Positions 22,501 through 35,800 of a stretch of 64,000 nt of DNA are shown piece after piece. Position 1 is the first letter of the stretch, and every line of letters starts with the position of its first letter. Source of the DNA: Thecamonas trahens ATCC 50062 (Eukaryota; Protista; Apusomonadida); NCBI RefSeq assembly GCF_000142905.1, contig NW_013657620.1, positions 1-64,000 on the forward strand, written 5' to 3'. Made by a program: the position numbers and the translations under genes. A model generated the notes under the pieces. It did no database searches. It saw nothing but the letters and a program-made list of their open reading frames with translations, and was not told the origin of the DNA.

Positions 22501-22763
22501 GGCGCCCCAATGTGTGCGAGTAGAACAGCTCGGCATGGGGCAGGATCGGGCCGACCAAGGCCTGGGCCACCGTCTCCAAGGGAAGGAGGGGGGGGGGGGG
22601 GGATGGGGGCTACCGCAAGCAAGCGCCTGAGAGTGTTGAGTGCGGGGGGCGGCGGACGCGGAAGAGAGACGAGTCTAGCTGGACCTCCCGTGCTGCTGCT
22701 GTCGTTGTCCTGCGCCACGTGGCGCGGCTCCCTCTTAGTGCTGTCCGCGTGGGTGTCAGTCAT
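19539..22763 (-). CDS. Two-pore channel (TPC/TPC-related) with inter-domain EF-hands; intron 22133-22492; frame breaks at the A-run 22101-22105 and probably the G-run ~22588-22602
   Basis: Two 6-TM repeats with S4 segments (RFSRPFR; LRALRLVSLFERLR), pore loops LSTSENYPD and LLTGSNWHE, EF-hand DVNNNGLVTFDEW; phase-0 splice HLT|RKERVDKAA. Confidence 0.88.
22229..22389. repeat. 40-bp-period minisatellite x4 inside the TPC intron
   Basis: GAGACCCCAGCCCGACCACC recurs at 22241, 22281, 22321 and 22361. Confidence 0.9.
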
Positions 22764-22968
22764 CTTTTCCCCGCTCAATCCGTCGCCTCGCTGCTCACAC
22801 GTGTCGGTCGAGGGTGATCAGCACTTGTATCTGGTCTATATACGAGACTAGCTAGAGGTTGTAGCCCATCATCGCCTTGGGCCTCGTCGCGCCTTGGACT
22901 TGCTTGGGCCGCGCTCGCGTGGGGATTTTATCGCCGCGGGCTCCTACGAGATCTATCATCGTGCATGA

Positions 22969-23664
22969 TCAGCTGTTAGCGGCTCCAATGGCATCCCAGA
23001 CGTTGCCTTGTGTCTCGAGCATGATCTTGGAAAAGGCCTCGTAGTCGATGGCGCCGGTAGCACCCGGATCAGCCTCGCGGATGAGCTCGTCGACCTCGGC
23101 CTGAGTCAGCTTCTCGCCCAGGTTGGTCATGATGTGGAAGAGCTGGGCTGAGGTGATGAAACCGTTGCCCTGGGCGTCAAACAGGCGCCATGCCTCGAGA
23201 ATGAGCTCCTCGGCGTCCGGCGCGACCATCTTGGGCGCCGCGGCGTTGAGAAACTCGACAAAGACCACCATGTTCTCCTCGGTCAGCCGCAGCGACGCCA
23301 AGATCTCCTTGACATCCTTCTCAGACGGATTGTACCCGAGTGAGCGCAGGACGACTGGCACGTCCTCGGGCTTGATCACCCCCTCCTCGGTCTTGTCGTA
23401 CTTGTCGAACGCCAGCTTGATCTGCTCCCGCCACCGACCGCCGCGCCAACCATCGGCATCGTCCACCGCAGTCACATCGATCACCGTCATCGCCCCCATC
23501 ACCAATGAGTCCCCCCCTCCCTCCCCCCCCTTCCCCCCCCCCCCTCCAATCCGTACCTTGGCCAGCTCCTCATGGCCCAACTCTGCCAACGACAGTCCGT
23601 CCTTGCCTGCCTTGGCGCCACCACTGGCACCACCTCTGCCCAAAGCCAAACTGCTTGCGCTCAT
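22969..23664 (-). CDS. Calmodulin/centrin-like EF-hand protein; intron 23422-23556
   Basis: EELAK|IKLAFDKYDKTEEGVIKPEDVPVVLRSLGYNPSE; AWRLFDAQGNGFITSAQLFHIMTNLGEKLTQAEVDELIREAD; GTACGG...GAGCAG phase-0 intron. Confidence 0.88.
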   Translation of the reverse strand: MSASSLALGRGGASGGAKAGKDGLSLAELGHEELAKVRIGGGGGKGGEGGGDSLVMGAMTVIDVTAVDDADGWRGGRWREQIKLAFDKYDKTEEGVIKPEDVPVVLRSLGYNPSEKDVKEILASLRLTEENMVVFVEFLNAAAPKMVAPDAEELILEAWRLFDAQGNGFITSAQLFHIMTNLGEKLTQAEVDELIREADPGATGAIDYEAFSKIMLETQGNVWDAIGAANS

Positions 23665-23786
23665 CCTCTCCAGCCCCTTGGGTATGAATAAGTGGGTGTA
23701 TGGGTGGTGGGTGTATGGGTGGTGGGTGTATGTGTATGGGTGGTGGGTGTATGGGTGAGGGGAGAGAGGAAGACAGGAGGTGTCCG

Positions 23787-23818
<32 letters not shown>

Positions 23819-23840
23819 TCCGTGTCCATGTTCGTCCCCG

Positions 23841-24205
23841 NNNNNNNNNNNNNNNNNNNNNNNNNNNNNNNNNNNNNNNNNNNNNNNNNNNNNNNNNNNN
23901 NNNNNNNNNNNNNNNNNNNNNNNNNNNNNNNNNNNNNNNNNNNNNNNNNNNNNNNNNNNNNNNNNNNNNNNNNNNNNNNNNNNNNNNNNNNNNNNNNNNN
24001 NNNNNNNNNNNNNNNNNNNNNNNNNNNNNNNNNNNNNNNNNNNNNNNNNNNNNNNNNNNNNNNNNNNNNNNNNNNNNNNNNNNNNNNNNNNNNNNNNNNN
24101 NNNNNNNNNNNNNNNNNNNNNNNNNNNNNNNNNNNNNNNNNNNNNNNNNNNNNNNNNNNNNNNNNNNNNNNNNNNNNNNNNNNNNNNNNNNNNNNNNNNN
24201 NNNNN
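23841..24205. other. Assembly gap flanked by microsatellites
   Basis: Run of N; (GTGTCC)n on the left flank. Confidence 1.
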
Positions 24206-24269
24206 NGCCTCGTACCTACCGCCCACTCCCCAACCCCCCCCCCCCCCCCCTTCCCCTCTTCATACACAC

Positions 24270-25046
24270 ATGCCTGTACGGTGGGTGGTAGAACCCGGTG
24301 TGTCCGTCTCGGCTGCCGTCTCCAGCTACCGTGTCTTCCAGCCAGGTGAGGTGGTCGACCTGCCTCGTGTTGCCGTGGCCAAGGCTCATGCTCGCTTTGC
24401 CCTCGCTGTCTCGGCAGCTACCCTCCTTGCTCCACTCATCGATCATGTGGTATGGCGGAGGTTCTCCGAGTTCCAAGCCCTGGCAAGCACTCTGAGGAGT
24501 GTCGCTGCATCGGCTGGAGGTGGCCTCGCCCTCCACATCGATGACTGCCTCCTCGCTCTGCCGAAAAAGACCTTCCGCCATCCGCTGCGCCTCTTTGGCC
24601 TCTTTGACGAAGATCATCTCTCAAAGCGCGCTCATGCGCTTGATGCCTTTGTAGCTGCCCTCCTGAGCCATCGCTCGGTCATTGCCCTCACTCCCGTCGC
24701 AGACTTTCTCTGCCTCCCACATCACATGGCTGACCCGGCCGACCCGCCACCGCCAGCCTCGTCACCGCTGGCTCCGCCGGCCACCACCAACCTTGGCTCA
24801 AACTTGGATGTGAGCTCGCAAAGTGACGTCGCTTCTGCTCCCGACTCGAGCGCTGCCTCGGCTGCCCTCGCTCCTGACTTGCCGCCGGTCTCGCCCTCGG
24901 CTCTTGAGGCTGCATACGGCTCGGTCCCGCCGCCTGCCTTGCATCGTCGTCTTGTCGCCGACGTTTCCTTTGCACCGCCGCTGGCCTCGCCCACTACCTC
25001 GCGCACGCTTGCTGACATCCTCGGCTCACCGGCCGCATCTAGCTAG
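24270..25046 (+). CDS. PX (phox homology) domain protein; 5' part may lie in the gap
   Basis: VVWRRFSEFQAL, LPKKTF, FDEDHLSKRAHALDAFVAALL, VADFL. Confidence 0.8.
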   Translation: MPVRWVVEPGVSVSAAVSSYRVFQPGEVVDLPRVAVAKAHARFALAVSAATLLAPLIDHVVWRRFSEFQALASTLRSVAASAGGGLALHIDDCLLALPKKTFRHPLRLFGLFDEDHLSKRAHALDAFVAALLSHRSVIALTPVADFLCLPHHMADPADPPPPASSPLAPPATTNLGSNLDVSSQSDVASAPDSSAASAALAPDLPPVSPSALEAAYGSVPPPALHRRLVADVSFAPPLASPTTSRTLADILGSPAASS

Positions 25047-25468
25047 AATTAATGACGAGAGAGAAAATACTCCCTCCTCCCCCCCTTCCCCCTTTCCCCC
25101 GCACTTCGCAGGGACTCAAAACGCTTTTGCCGCGTGCCGGGGAGGAAAACCGTCCGGAATTTTTCACTTACCACCACCTCACAACACTCAGCGACAACGC
25201 TTGGAACAACAATGTGTACGCTCATCCTCATCAATGGAGATATTAACCACATCTGCTAGTAGCCCACAAGCTATTGTATTTACTTGGCGTGCTCCTTTTC
25301 GGCTGTTTGCCTTAAACCCTTGTGTCAGATGCAAGGGATACACCGTGGCAGACATTGTCCGGATGGCCAAAAGTTTCCCCTCCCCCCCCCCACCCTCCCC
25401 CCCCCCCCCCCCGCAGTAACTCACCCCACATCTTGACAGTGACCAACTTAACGAGAGTTGCGCTAGCT

Positions 25469-28400
25469 ATGCTAGCGCTTGCCGCCACTGCGCATGCTGT
25501 CGGCTACTGCTACGTTGCTCATCCTGACTCTGTGACTCTGAAGTCTTCGGCCACCAAAGTGGACGATATTTTTGACGCTCCCGGCGGTGGCGTCAACAAC
25601 CCCTGTACCGCGGCTGGACACACCAGCCTTACCACACCTCGTACCATGCCAACGGATACAGCTCCGAGCACCAACCGACCTGTGAAGGCGCTATGACAAA
25701 CGCCTGTAGTATGGTTCCCAACGAGGTACGTGAGTATCGGGTTGTGCTCGGCCTTTGCTGCACTGACGCCGACATCGAGTCGGACAACTTTGTGCTCAAG
25801 GGACCGCGAGCAAGCGGACCTGACCTCAACGGGTGCATTGAAAAGGTGGATCACTCCAAGTCGTGCCCATTCGGCATGACCGAAGGTGCCATCAACTATC
25901 CGGCTCATCCCGACGGCAAAACGGGAGAGTACGGCTCGCCGCCGCACTCGTACGGCAACCGTGTCGAGTACTGCTGCGGTACGATCAAGTCTGCGGCCTC
26001 GGTCGACCAGGAGATGTGCGTCATCGCCGAGAGCATGCTTGGCACAAACGTTAATTGTCCTCCGGCCTTTCCCAACGGCAACCTCTACACCATCATTCCC
26101 CACTCACGCGGGACGAGCCTCCACGATTACTCGGGCGCGGGCTACACCCCCAACGCCTGGTACACCGCCTACCTCAGCAACGAGGACGACGGTAACCGTC
26201 CATGGTATCGTCCTGAAGCCCGCGGAGTGACTTCGCTCTCTCGATGCTGCACTGGCAGCGGGCCGTGGTCTGGCTGTGTTGCTTCTCCGTCGCACCCAAC
26301 CATCTGTGGCACCGACAACCCCAACGGGAACCACGAGGGGTGCCTGTCTCCGACCGCCAGCTCGCCGCTCTGGGACATGACCTGCCACTCGTGCCCACAC
26401 GGCGGATTTCCTTCGGCCTCGGTCGAGGATCGCCTCCGTACCCCGATCTCCGAGCCCAAGGTGTGCCAGTATGATCTCTGTGGAAACGGCGTCATCGACG
26501 GCGATGAGCAGTGCGACGTCTCGCGCTTCTACAGTAACGCCGACTACAATCTGGACTTGGCGGCCGTGGCCTCTGGCAGCCTGCCGGACCCGCGACCGAT
26601 GTGCAGTGACCAATGCAAGTGGATCGTGCCACAGATGCAGGTCGACTACGACCAGACGACGTTGTCCAACAGCGTCGTCAGGATCACGCCCCGGCTCAAC
26701 GCGCAATACGCGAGTACCATGGGCTTCAACACGGTCATGAACGTCAACTCGGATGCCGGCAACCAGGCAACCCTTGCTTCGCTCATGTTCAACTACGATC
26801 GCGTCGACTACATCATCGCCTTCTTCCCCTCGGGCACCGTCAAGGAGCTCAATGATCAGGTCCACGGCATGGAGACGTACGTCGAGTCGCCTGCAAACGA
26901 CAACCAGGTCCAGATCCAGGCCCGCGGTCGTCTGGCCTCGTCAGATCCAAACACCCCCGGGAGAGACCTCGGCTACTCCGAGTGGTCCCTCCCCACCTCG
27001 CGGAGCGTCCGTCCGTGCGGCTGCAACGACGTCGGCGATGGTCGGCCGTCTAACATGATCGCCACCCAGTCGGTCGACTCGGGCACCATGTCGCTCTCCT
27101 GGATCCACAACTCCACGTGCGGCTCTGTCATTGCTGTCGGAAAGGAGGAGCTCCGCGATCCTGTTTCCGGCGATTGGGGCCCCAACGTCGTCATCGAGAC
27201 CCGCACGCTTGGCGCCCTTTGTGGCCAAACCGTCGATGTCGTCAAGTACCGCCCGACCGAGTCGGACGTCGGCAAGACCATCCGCTTCTCGGCACACGTC
27301 GCCAACAACTTTAACGGCAACATCTTCCAGTCGTCTGCCGACTCGTATACCGCCCCGATCGTCGTCGCCTGGCAGCGGAGCTTCGAGGGCCGCGTCATCG
27401 CCCCCAACGGCGGCGGTGTCGGTGGCGCCGCCGTCACCGTCCAGCTCATCGACCCGGACACCATGGCAGTTCTCGCCGTCGCAAACAGCACTTCGACATC
27501 GTCGACAGCCGCTGGTGGCACATCGTCCACCGGCAGCTTTGTGGCTAACATCTACGCAGAGAACACGCCCAACAAGGGCCACATTATCCGCTACTTTGGC
27601 ACGTCGGCCTCAGGCGCGCCGCTCGAGTGCGGCACAGCCGGCCAGACCGTGTGCGATGTGGCCAATGTCAAGGTTACCGGAGGCATCGTTTCCCTGAGCC
27701 TCACCGATATGGTCGTCCCTACTATCCGCGTCTTTATCAACCACGTCAACTCAACTTGCGAGTTCCAGCGCTCACGGGCCGATGGTGCTCCCGACCTCAC
27801 CATCGCTGCTTTCACGTCGACAGACGCCAGCATGGCGCCCATCGAGACAACCGCCACGGTTGACCTGTTCCGCAACGCCGGCGAGCCGCATGGCGTTGTG
27901 GCCGATGGCCTCCAGATGGCTGCAAGCGTTGCCCTCGACATCACCTATGGTGATCACGTCTTCCGCATCGCGGCCATCAACAACTACAACTCTCTCGACG
28001 AGACGTCGGGCCCCCGATTTCCACCGACCTCCCGTCCTCGCCGCTGGGCTTTGTCATCACCGCCCCTGTTGTTGACATTATTGTCGAGGATGTGACCGTC
28101 CGCGACGTCGAGCTTGCGCTCTACTCTTCTCGCTGTGGCTACGATCTCGGTGGCGGTGTCGTGATTGCCAGTGGCCCAGGCCTCTGCTACCAGGCACGGT
28201 TCGATGTCGGCGTCTCGGCGTCACTTGTCACCATCCCCGCCCTCGCCGAGGTCACCTTTGACTACGAGCTTGCCATCTCGACCGCCGTCGATGCCGGTGA
28301 GCCGGTAACGCCTGATGTCCAGCTCCTGGCCACCCAGGCTGGGACCTTTTTCGACACCATCTACACGACTGGGCGGCGAGTCGACCTTGCGCTCCCCACC

Positions 28401-31400
28401 GATGTGCCGGCTGTTGTCCACTACCAGTTCCGGACCGACATCGACGTCGGAATCGACCAGATCCGCGACTACACATCGATGGAGAATTCGGTGGAGATTT
28501 GCAACACCGCATACGGCACGCCCTGCCTTGACTCGTACGATCCAAGCGTATGCTCGATGGCAACGATGTGCTCGCGCGAAGAAATTCGCACCCTTGCTGA
28601 TGGCTCGGTCGTCGACACGGGCGGCCAGCCGATGACCGACAGCAGTCTCATCGCTCGCTACGGCAGCGTCTTCTGCGTCTTCCTCGAGCTCTCCGAGACG
28701 TACACTGTCTTTGACTCTATCGGCAGCAGCCATGTTGAGACCTGCTACGACGTCGAGGGCGAGGTCTCGGTCCGCGATCACGTCTCGGGATCGGCCGAGC
28801 GAGTCCTGGAGTACTCGGGCTATGTGGGTGGCAAGACAAACGATACGGACACGTCGGGCGTCCGCATTCCGCTGTTTGTCGACGAGCCGGCCATGGCCGC
28901 GCCGTTTGTTCGCGAGCTCGGCGTGCAGATCGCGCCCACGTACTATGCCGGCTCGGCGGCTGTCGACGACGAGGCTTGGCGCGGACCCGCCTCGCAGGCC
29001 GATCTCGCCATCACGGCACCGGTCACCCATGTGCTGGACGTTGTCGTCACGGGTCCCATTCTTCAAGAGAACGGCAACATTGTCGAGTTCTCCGTCAGTG
29101 AGCCGCTGCTCATCCTGCACGATCCTCCCGGAGACAGCTCGTACGTCGAGCTCGAGTCCGGAGCAGCGATTGTGGCGACGAGCGAGAGGGAGCGGATGTG
29201 GACCGAGGGTGACGAGATCGACTCGCTCTTTACACCCATTTTGTATTCCAATGAGGTCTCGGTGGGCAGCTCGCTTGGACCTCTTGACTTTTCGGTGGTT
29301 GCGGTCAGCTTTGAAACCTACAAGGCCGAGATCAATCACCTAGCGCATGAGCTCCAAAGCGGCGACCGCCTGGGCTCTCATGAGAGCGAGGCAGTCACGC
29401 GCACCACAATCGCAACGTCATCGCTACCGGAAGCCGCCTTTGAGGAGGGTCTCTCGGACGTCATCGTGCTCAAGACAAAGGTCTTCCGCGTGGTCGACAC
29501 AAACATGGTCACCTTTGATCCCACAACCTGTCGTGCCAGCCGCAACACTTCCAGCTCGGTGTACAAGAAGGTCTCGGACGATGCCATCGCCGTTCACACC
29601 TGCGCCGACATCCGCAAGAACATCGCTCAGCTCCGCCACGATGCCGCTGCTGCCGTCCTCCAGTCAGACAGCGCGGTGACGACGGCAGTGCTGGACATGG
29701 AGATTGCGCGCTGGGAGAACATCCTCAGCATCCACAACCGGTCCCTGCATGAGGAGCCGATGGAGGGCACTACGGCGCAGGACCGGATCAAGTCGATTGT
29801 CTCGCGCGACTCGCAGCTCTCGCACTTTGGCCTCGACACGCTCGGCTTCAACGCCGATGACTCGACCATCTCGCTGTCGGGCGGACAGGAGCTGGTCCTC
29901 GAGTGGGAAATCGCAAAGTCTGAGGTGACGTTCTCGCAAGAAGTGTCCCACGCCACCACCCTTCCCATGACCTCTCGGCCCCGGCTCAGGTCCGCGGACT
30001 ACGACATGGATGTGGACGACCTCACGCGGCGTGACATCATCGCCCAGTTCCTGGGTGATATGAGTATTCAGGCCAACAAGGCCTCTCAGACACGCCTTAC
30101 CATCGCTAGCTTCGGCTACGAGAGCTCTTACGAGCGCAGTATCTACGATGTGTCCGAGAAGCGCTCCAACGACGAGGTGAGCGAAGGCAGTACGGCGCGC
30201 GTCCGCATTGTCCTCTCCGACAGCAACCTCGGCGATCACTTTGTCATGCGTATGGGCACCGATCCGCTCTTTGGCACTCCGGTCTTCAAGCTCCTCGACG
30301 GCAAGTCCCGCTGTCCGCACGTCCGGGGCACCATCCGGCGTGAAAGCGTGTCGCTGGTGCCGGCGACCGCGAACCAGGTGGCGGACGTGACCGGCGTGGC
30401 ACCCGATGGATCGGCGTTCTGGCGGTACTCGCTGATCAACACCAACCCGGATGAGGGAGCCGACGTCTCGGTCTATGTCTCGCTCCTCGACAATGCTGGT
30501 GGCATGCGGGTCTTCCTCAACGGGCAGGCCATCGGGACCGGGACCGGGCCGTTTGGCTCGTTTGATGTCTCCATCCCGCCGCTCGCCTCCGGCGAGCCTG
30601 CGCCGCAGCTCCTCCTCGAGGCTCGCCGCGATGGAACCGACGCCTTTGTCTCGGGCCCCATCACCATCACCGCAGTGCCAACGTGTGAGTTTGGCATCGA
30701 TTCAACGTCGCCGGACATTGACGAGGGTGTGTCCGAGCAGGTTGTCTCGGTCGAGTTTGTCTCGCCATGCGCGCAGGTTGTGTGGGCTGATGCGCTCGGC
30801 ACGGGCGCGCCGTTTGCTGTCCTCCACGACGAGCATGAGCCGCACGACGAGACCAAGTACCTCATCACAGGCTTTGTCCGCAACCCGCTGTACTCATCGG
30901 TCAGCCGGTGGCGTGACCATCCACGGCTGACTCTTGTCCGCGTCCAGTACGCAGCGCTCGGGACCGAGGACTTTACCGATGCCTCGGGCACTGTCCTCCT
31001 CGACACCGGTGCAAACACGGCCGGCTTCGTCCATCTGTACAAGCGCAGCGAGGATGATGTCGATGGATCCGAGGCCATCTCGGCCGAGGGCATGTTTGGC
31101 CTTGGTGCCTTCACCTGGGATGTCTCGGCCCTGCCAGATGGCGAGTATGAGCTCGTTGCCGAGGCCATGTGCTCCACGCCCGGCTCGCAGGATCCGATCG
31201 TGATCTCGACGATGACGCCGCGAGTTCGCGGCATTATTGATCGCTCCATCCCCGACGCTGCCGCGCCGCCGCGTCCGTTCTCGGGCGAGTACATGCCTGG
31301 CGAGTCCGACGTCGAGTTTGCCTTTACCGAACCGGTCGACTGCAAGCGAGCAAAGGCGACGGTGACCGTCGCCGGCCAGCTGGCGTCGCCGGTCTCGATC

Positions 31401-32318
31401 GAATGCATTGGCACGCGAGTCCGGGTCTACGTCGACGCTGCGCTGGTGGACAACGCCGGGGCGCTGGCTCCAACCCAGTCCTTTGTCGTCGCCCTTACCT
31501 CGATCTATGACATTGCCGGCAACCCGGCGCCGGCGTCGTACTCGCACACGCTGCGGACGGCACCGCTGGATCCGTCGCGCGCGCGCATCACCGTCGCCGG
31601 CCTGGTGGGCAAGGGCCCTGTCACCGACTACGGCTCGCTTGCTAACTACACCGCCGTCATGGGCGATGTGCTGGCCAACGCCACCCGTGCCCAGTCGGGC
31701 CTGGTCTTTGGCGACGACCGCATCACCGTTGTCCGCCCGACCGTCCTCTCGTCGGGCGACGTCATGTTTGACGCCTTTGTCTCGGACGCCTCGCCTGCGG
31801 ACCCCACCCTGCCGGGAGCTATCGCGCGCGATCTCATGGCTGCGATTGCCACCGTCGACGACGTCAGCGCTGGGCTCGCCTTTGACGAGCCGAGCGCCTC
31901 GCCGCGGTCGGCCCTGGTCCGATCGATCTCCACCGGCGCTCGTGCCGCTGGCTCGCTCCGCCTCAACATTGAGCCCGCCCTCGCCGACGTGCTCGAGCAC
32001 ACCCAAAGCGAGTGGCACGCCGTCCATGGGCAGCAGTCGTGGGAAGGTGAGCGCAAGCAGGTGATGGTGACCCAGACCATCGCCGCCACGCCGTCGCCGG
32101 CCGCCGCCGCGCCCATCACCCCCAGCAGCAGCTTTGCCCTCACTGCCGCCATCGCCGTCGCCGCCATCGCCACCGTTCTCCTCGTCGGTGTCGTCGGTAT
32201 GCAGTTCAAGATCCTGTCCGCCGTCAAGGTTGCCGCCAACAAGCCGGCGTGGTCCGAGACCAGTGGCTTCACCGGCGACTCGATGACGACCATCGAGTCT
32301 GGATCCTCGTCCGAGTAG
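25469..32318 (+). CDS. Giant (~2280 aa) type I membrane protein with Cys-rich N-terminus, beta-sandwich domains and C-terminal TM; frame breaks at ~25600 and ~28011; possible short first exon at 25363
   Basis: Signal peptide MLALAATAHA; CGNGVIDGDEQCD repeat; three consecutive ORFs join with one added C each (NNPLYRGW; SGPPISTDL); TM AAIAVAAIATVLLVGVVGM near the C-terminus. Confidence 0.8.
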
Positions 32319-32578
32319 TAAACTCTGGCCGTCAAGTCACCTCCCGCCTCTCATCAGCTCCCAACACACAGACGATCGATCGATCGGTGCGGACTGCCAC
32401 CGCCAACCGCTAATCACCTGTCAGCATCACACACACACACACACCCTTCTCCTCGTGCCTCCTCGCGCCCTTCACCTAACCGTGAGATGTGAGATGCCCA
32501 TTGTCTGCGGCGGCGGAGAGAGCAGTGGTCTCCAGCTCCCCATTTGGCCATGTCCCGGCATGGAGTGGCGTCACGGTA

Positions 32579-32615
<37 letters not shown>

Positions 32616-32817
32616 CCGCACCCGCACAGCCTCGACACCCCGCACCTCTGCTCCACCACCAATTCCGCGATGTCGCCACACCCGCTTCACAAAGTCGCCA
32701 TCGACACGGCTATGGAGGCATTGGGTTTGACTACGCACGGCCTGTGGAGGGGAAGCACTTGACTCTGTGGCAGCAGGGCACGAGGCGAGTGGCAGAAGCC
32801 AATCTTGAGACGAAGCC

Positions 32818-35800
32818 ATGCGCGTGGGTGACAGGTCCGGGCCCTTGGGCGGACGGTGGGGGCTGGGAGTGGCGGGTGCGGTAGTAATGATAGTGGCAAT
32901 AATGGTGGCGATCGGTCTGGCCGATGTGGCTGCGGCAACAACAACAACGACATCAGTGGGCGGGGGTGGATCTACGTGGATAGCGCCAAGTGTGTCCCAG
33001 TGTTTGCCGGATGCGACGGCGGTGCGGCAGCTGGTGGGGGTGGCCAACGGGGTGAGCGCCGTAGTGGCGGCCGATTTGGACGACGATGGCGACCACGATC
33101 TGGTGGTTGCCGTCAGGGTTGCCGACTCTGTGTGGTGGTATGAGAACGTCGACGGCAATGGAACGTATGGACCGGCTCGGGTGGTGTGCGCCGTGTGTGA
33201 CGGTGCCGAGGGCGTGGCGGTCGGTGACTTTGACGACGACGGCGACATCGACGTGGCCTCGGCCTCATCTAGTGACAACTGCATCCGCTGGCATCGCAAC
33301 AACGACGGTCTCGGCGGCTCGTGGACCACCTTTTTGCTCATGTCTGGTGCGAGCGGTGTGCGGTCGGTGGTGGCTGGCGACGTCAACAGCGACGGCTTGA
33401 CCGACTTGGTCTCGGCCACCCGCAACAGCGGGTCACTTGTGTGGCTGCGGAACAACGGCGGGCTCGGGTCGCCGCTAATCATTGCCAGCGGCCTCGGGAG
33501 GCCAGGTGCGCTGAACCTGGGTGACATTGACGGCGACAACGACGTCGACGTTGCCGCCGTCTGCGAGAACGACAACGAGGTGGTGTGGGCAGAGAATACT
33601 GGCGGTGCCGGACTGGTGTGGACCGTCCACCGGCTGATCGGCTCGCTCAAGAACCCGTCTTCGGTGGCAATAGCCGATTTGGACGGAGACGGTGACCTGG
33701 ACCTCACGGCCTCGGCATACTTTGGCAACGCGCTAGTCATGTTTAAGAACATCGATGGTCGTGGCAGCTTTGGGCCGCTCCTCGTGGTCTCGGCCAATGT
33801 AGACCGGCCATACCAGGTTGTGACGGAGGATTTGGACGGCGACGGCGACATCGATCTGGTAGTGGCCACCAATAGTTGGTCGACCAGTGATGTGGTATGG
33901 TTTGAGAACCGCGACGGACACGGCTCCTTTGGTGGGACCCGAGTGGTCTCATTCGGCCATCAAGGGTCGTCGTCGGTGGCAGTGGCAGACCTGGACGGCG
34001 ACGGAGATCGTGACATTGCCGCCGCGTACTTTAACGACGACGTTGTAGGCTGGTTTGCAAACAGCCTCGAGGCAAACCGCGAGTACTATGCCGCAACCGA
34101 CAACGTGGTGACCACGATTGTTGACGAGCTCAGCGAGATGGTTGTTGTGGACATTGATGGCGACGGCGACCGCGACGTCGTCTTTTCGGTCCAGGAGTTT
34201 TTCGGCTGGGTGGAGAACGTAGACGGCACCGGCACCTTCGCACCTTTCGTCGCCATCGACTCTACCGGATTTGGCGGCGCGAGCCAGCTAGCTTACGGCG
34301 ACATTGACTTGGACGGCGACATCGATGTGGTCTCGGTCACGTCGACAGGCGTGCTTGCGTGGTACAGCAACGACGGTGGCAAGGGTGTAGCTTGGACGCA
34401 GCAGGTGATCAACTCCGCCGAAACGAACAACAACTATGCACTCGCCACAGGCGATGTCGACGGCGACGGGTGGTGCGACCTTGTGGCCGCCAGTATGGTC
34501 GACGACGAACCACTGGTTTTGTACAAGGGCTCGGCGAGCGGGTGGACGACGGTGGTGGTGGCGGAGACAACCAAGCACTTTCGCAAGTTGGCCCTTGTTG
34601 ACCTCGACAGCGACGGCATTCTTGACTTGGTGGCGTGCAACAAGTCGGAAGTGTACTGGTTCCCCAACATCGGCGGCGAGTTCGGGGCTGGCATCCAGAT
34701 CGAGGCTGACACTGGAGCGTTTGTGATGTCGGTGGCGACGAGCGACATCGACAGCGACGGCGATGTCGATCTGGCGTTGACTAGCGGCACCTCGGTCCAT
34801 TGGTACGAGAACATTGACGGTGCTGGGACGTTTGCCGCAGCGCGTGTGCTGGCGGTCGGGACGAATGCAAACGACGTGACGCTGGCCGACATGGACGACG
34901 ACGGCGCTGTGGACATGATTGTCTCTCGCAGCGACAAGGTGTATCTGTACCCTAACCTCCACAACGCGAGCTTTGGTGGTGGGCAACTACTCAAGACGGT
35001 CGCCTCAGAGGCATGGATCAGCGTGGCCATCGACATCGACGACGACGGTGATCTCGACTTGGTGGTCGGCGCCGACAACGGCATTGCGCACCTGGTCTTA
35101 CAAACCTCGCGCAGCCCGTTCAAGGTCACATATGAGCCGACCGAGCGGGGGCTGGATGATCCGATGTGCGTTCGTGGAAACGCGACGGCTGTTGCGTGCT
35201 GGGGGGCATCGCTGGCTCGCCTCTCCAAGTGCACGACCGACACGCTTGCTCTTCCGCCCGGAGAGTACGACTGCCCTCGGCTGAGCCACGTTCGCGAGCA
35301 CCGGCGCTCAATCCGAATAGCAGCAGCTGAAGCGAGCACCGTGAACTTTGCTTGCGATGGCAGGGTGTTGTTTCAAGTCGGCGCAGATGAGGACTCGGTC
35401 GGCCAAGTCGAGGTTGTGGGCATCCGGATCAAGGCAACCGGGAGTGTGGCCACGGTCGACGGGGTGCCGGGCCTTCGTGTGGACGCTGCCGGCGGTCGAC
35501 TTGTTCTGCGCAACGTGACGATAGAAGGCGGGACGTCGACGGCGCGCCCGACGCTTCTCTCGGGCGGCACCGGCGGGTGCGCGCTGGCGGTGAACGGCGG
35601 GACGATCGAGGTGATTGACTCTGTTGTGAGTGGTTGCACAGCGTCGGGGAGTGGCGGGGCGCTAGCCTCGGTCGGCATTGGAAGCACAATCCATGTTGTC
35701 CGGTCCGAGATCTCAGACTCGGTGGCTGGCGGGCTCGGCGGAGGGCTGGCGGTCATTGATGGTGGGCTGGCGACGCTCCACTCGGTCGTCGTGGCACGCA

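Noticed and set aside
23694-23828. (GGGTGTATGGGTGGT)n and (GTGTCC)n tracts as telomeric repeats
   Set aside because: Short, irregular, internal and unlike TTAGGG arrays; ordinary simple repeats beside a gap.
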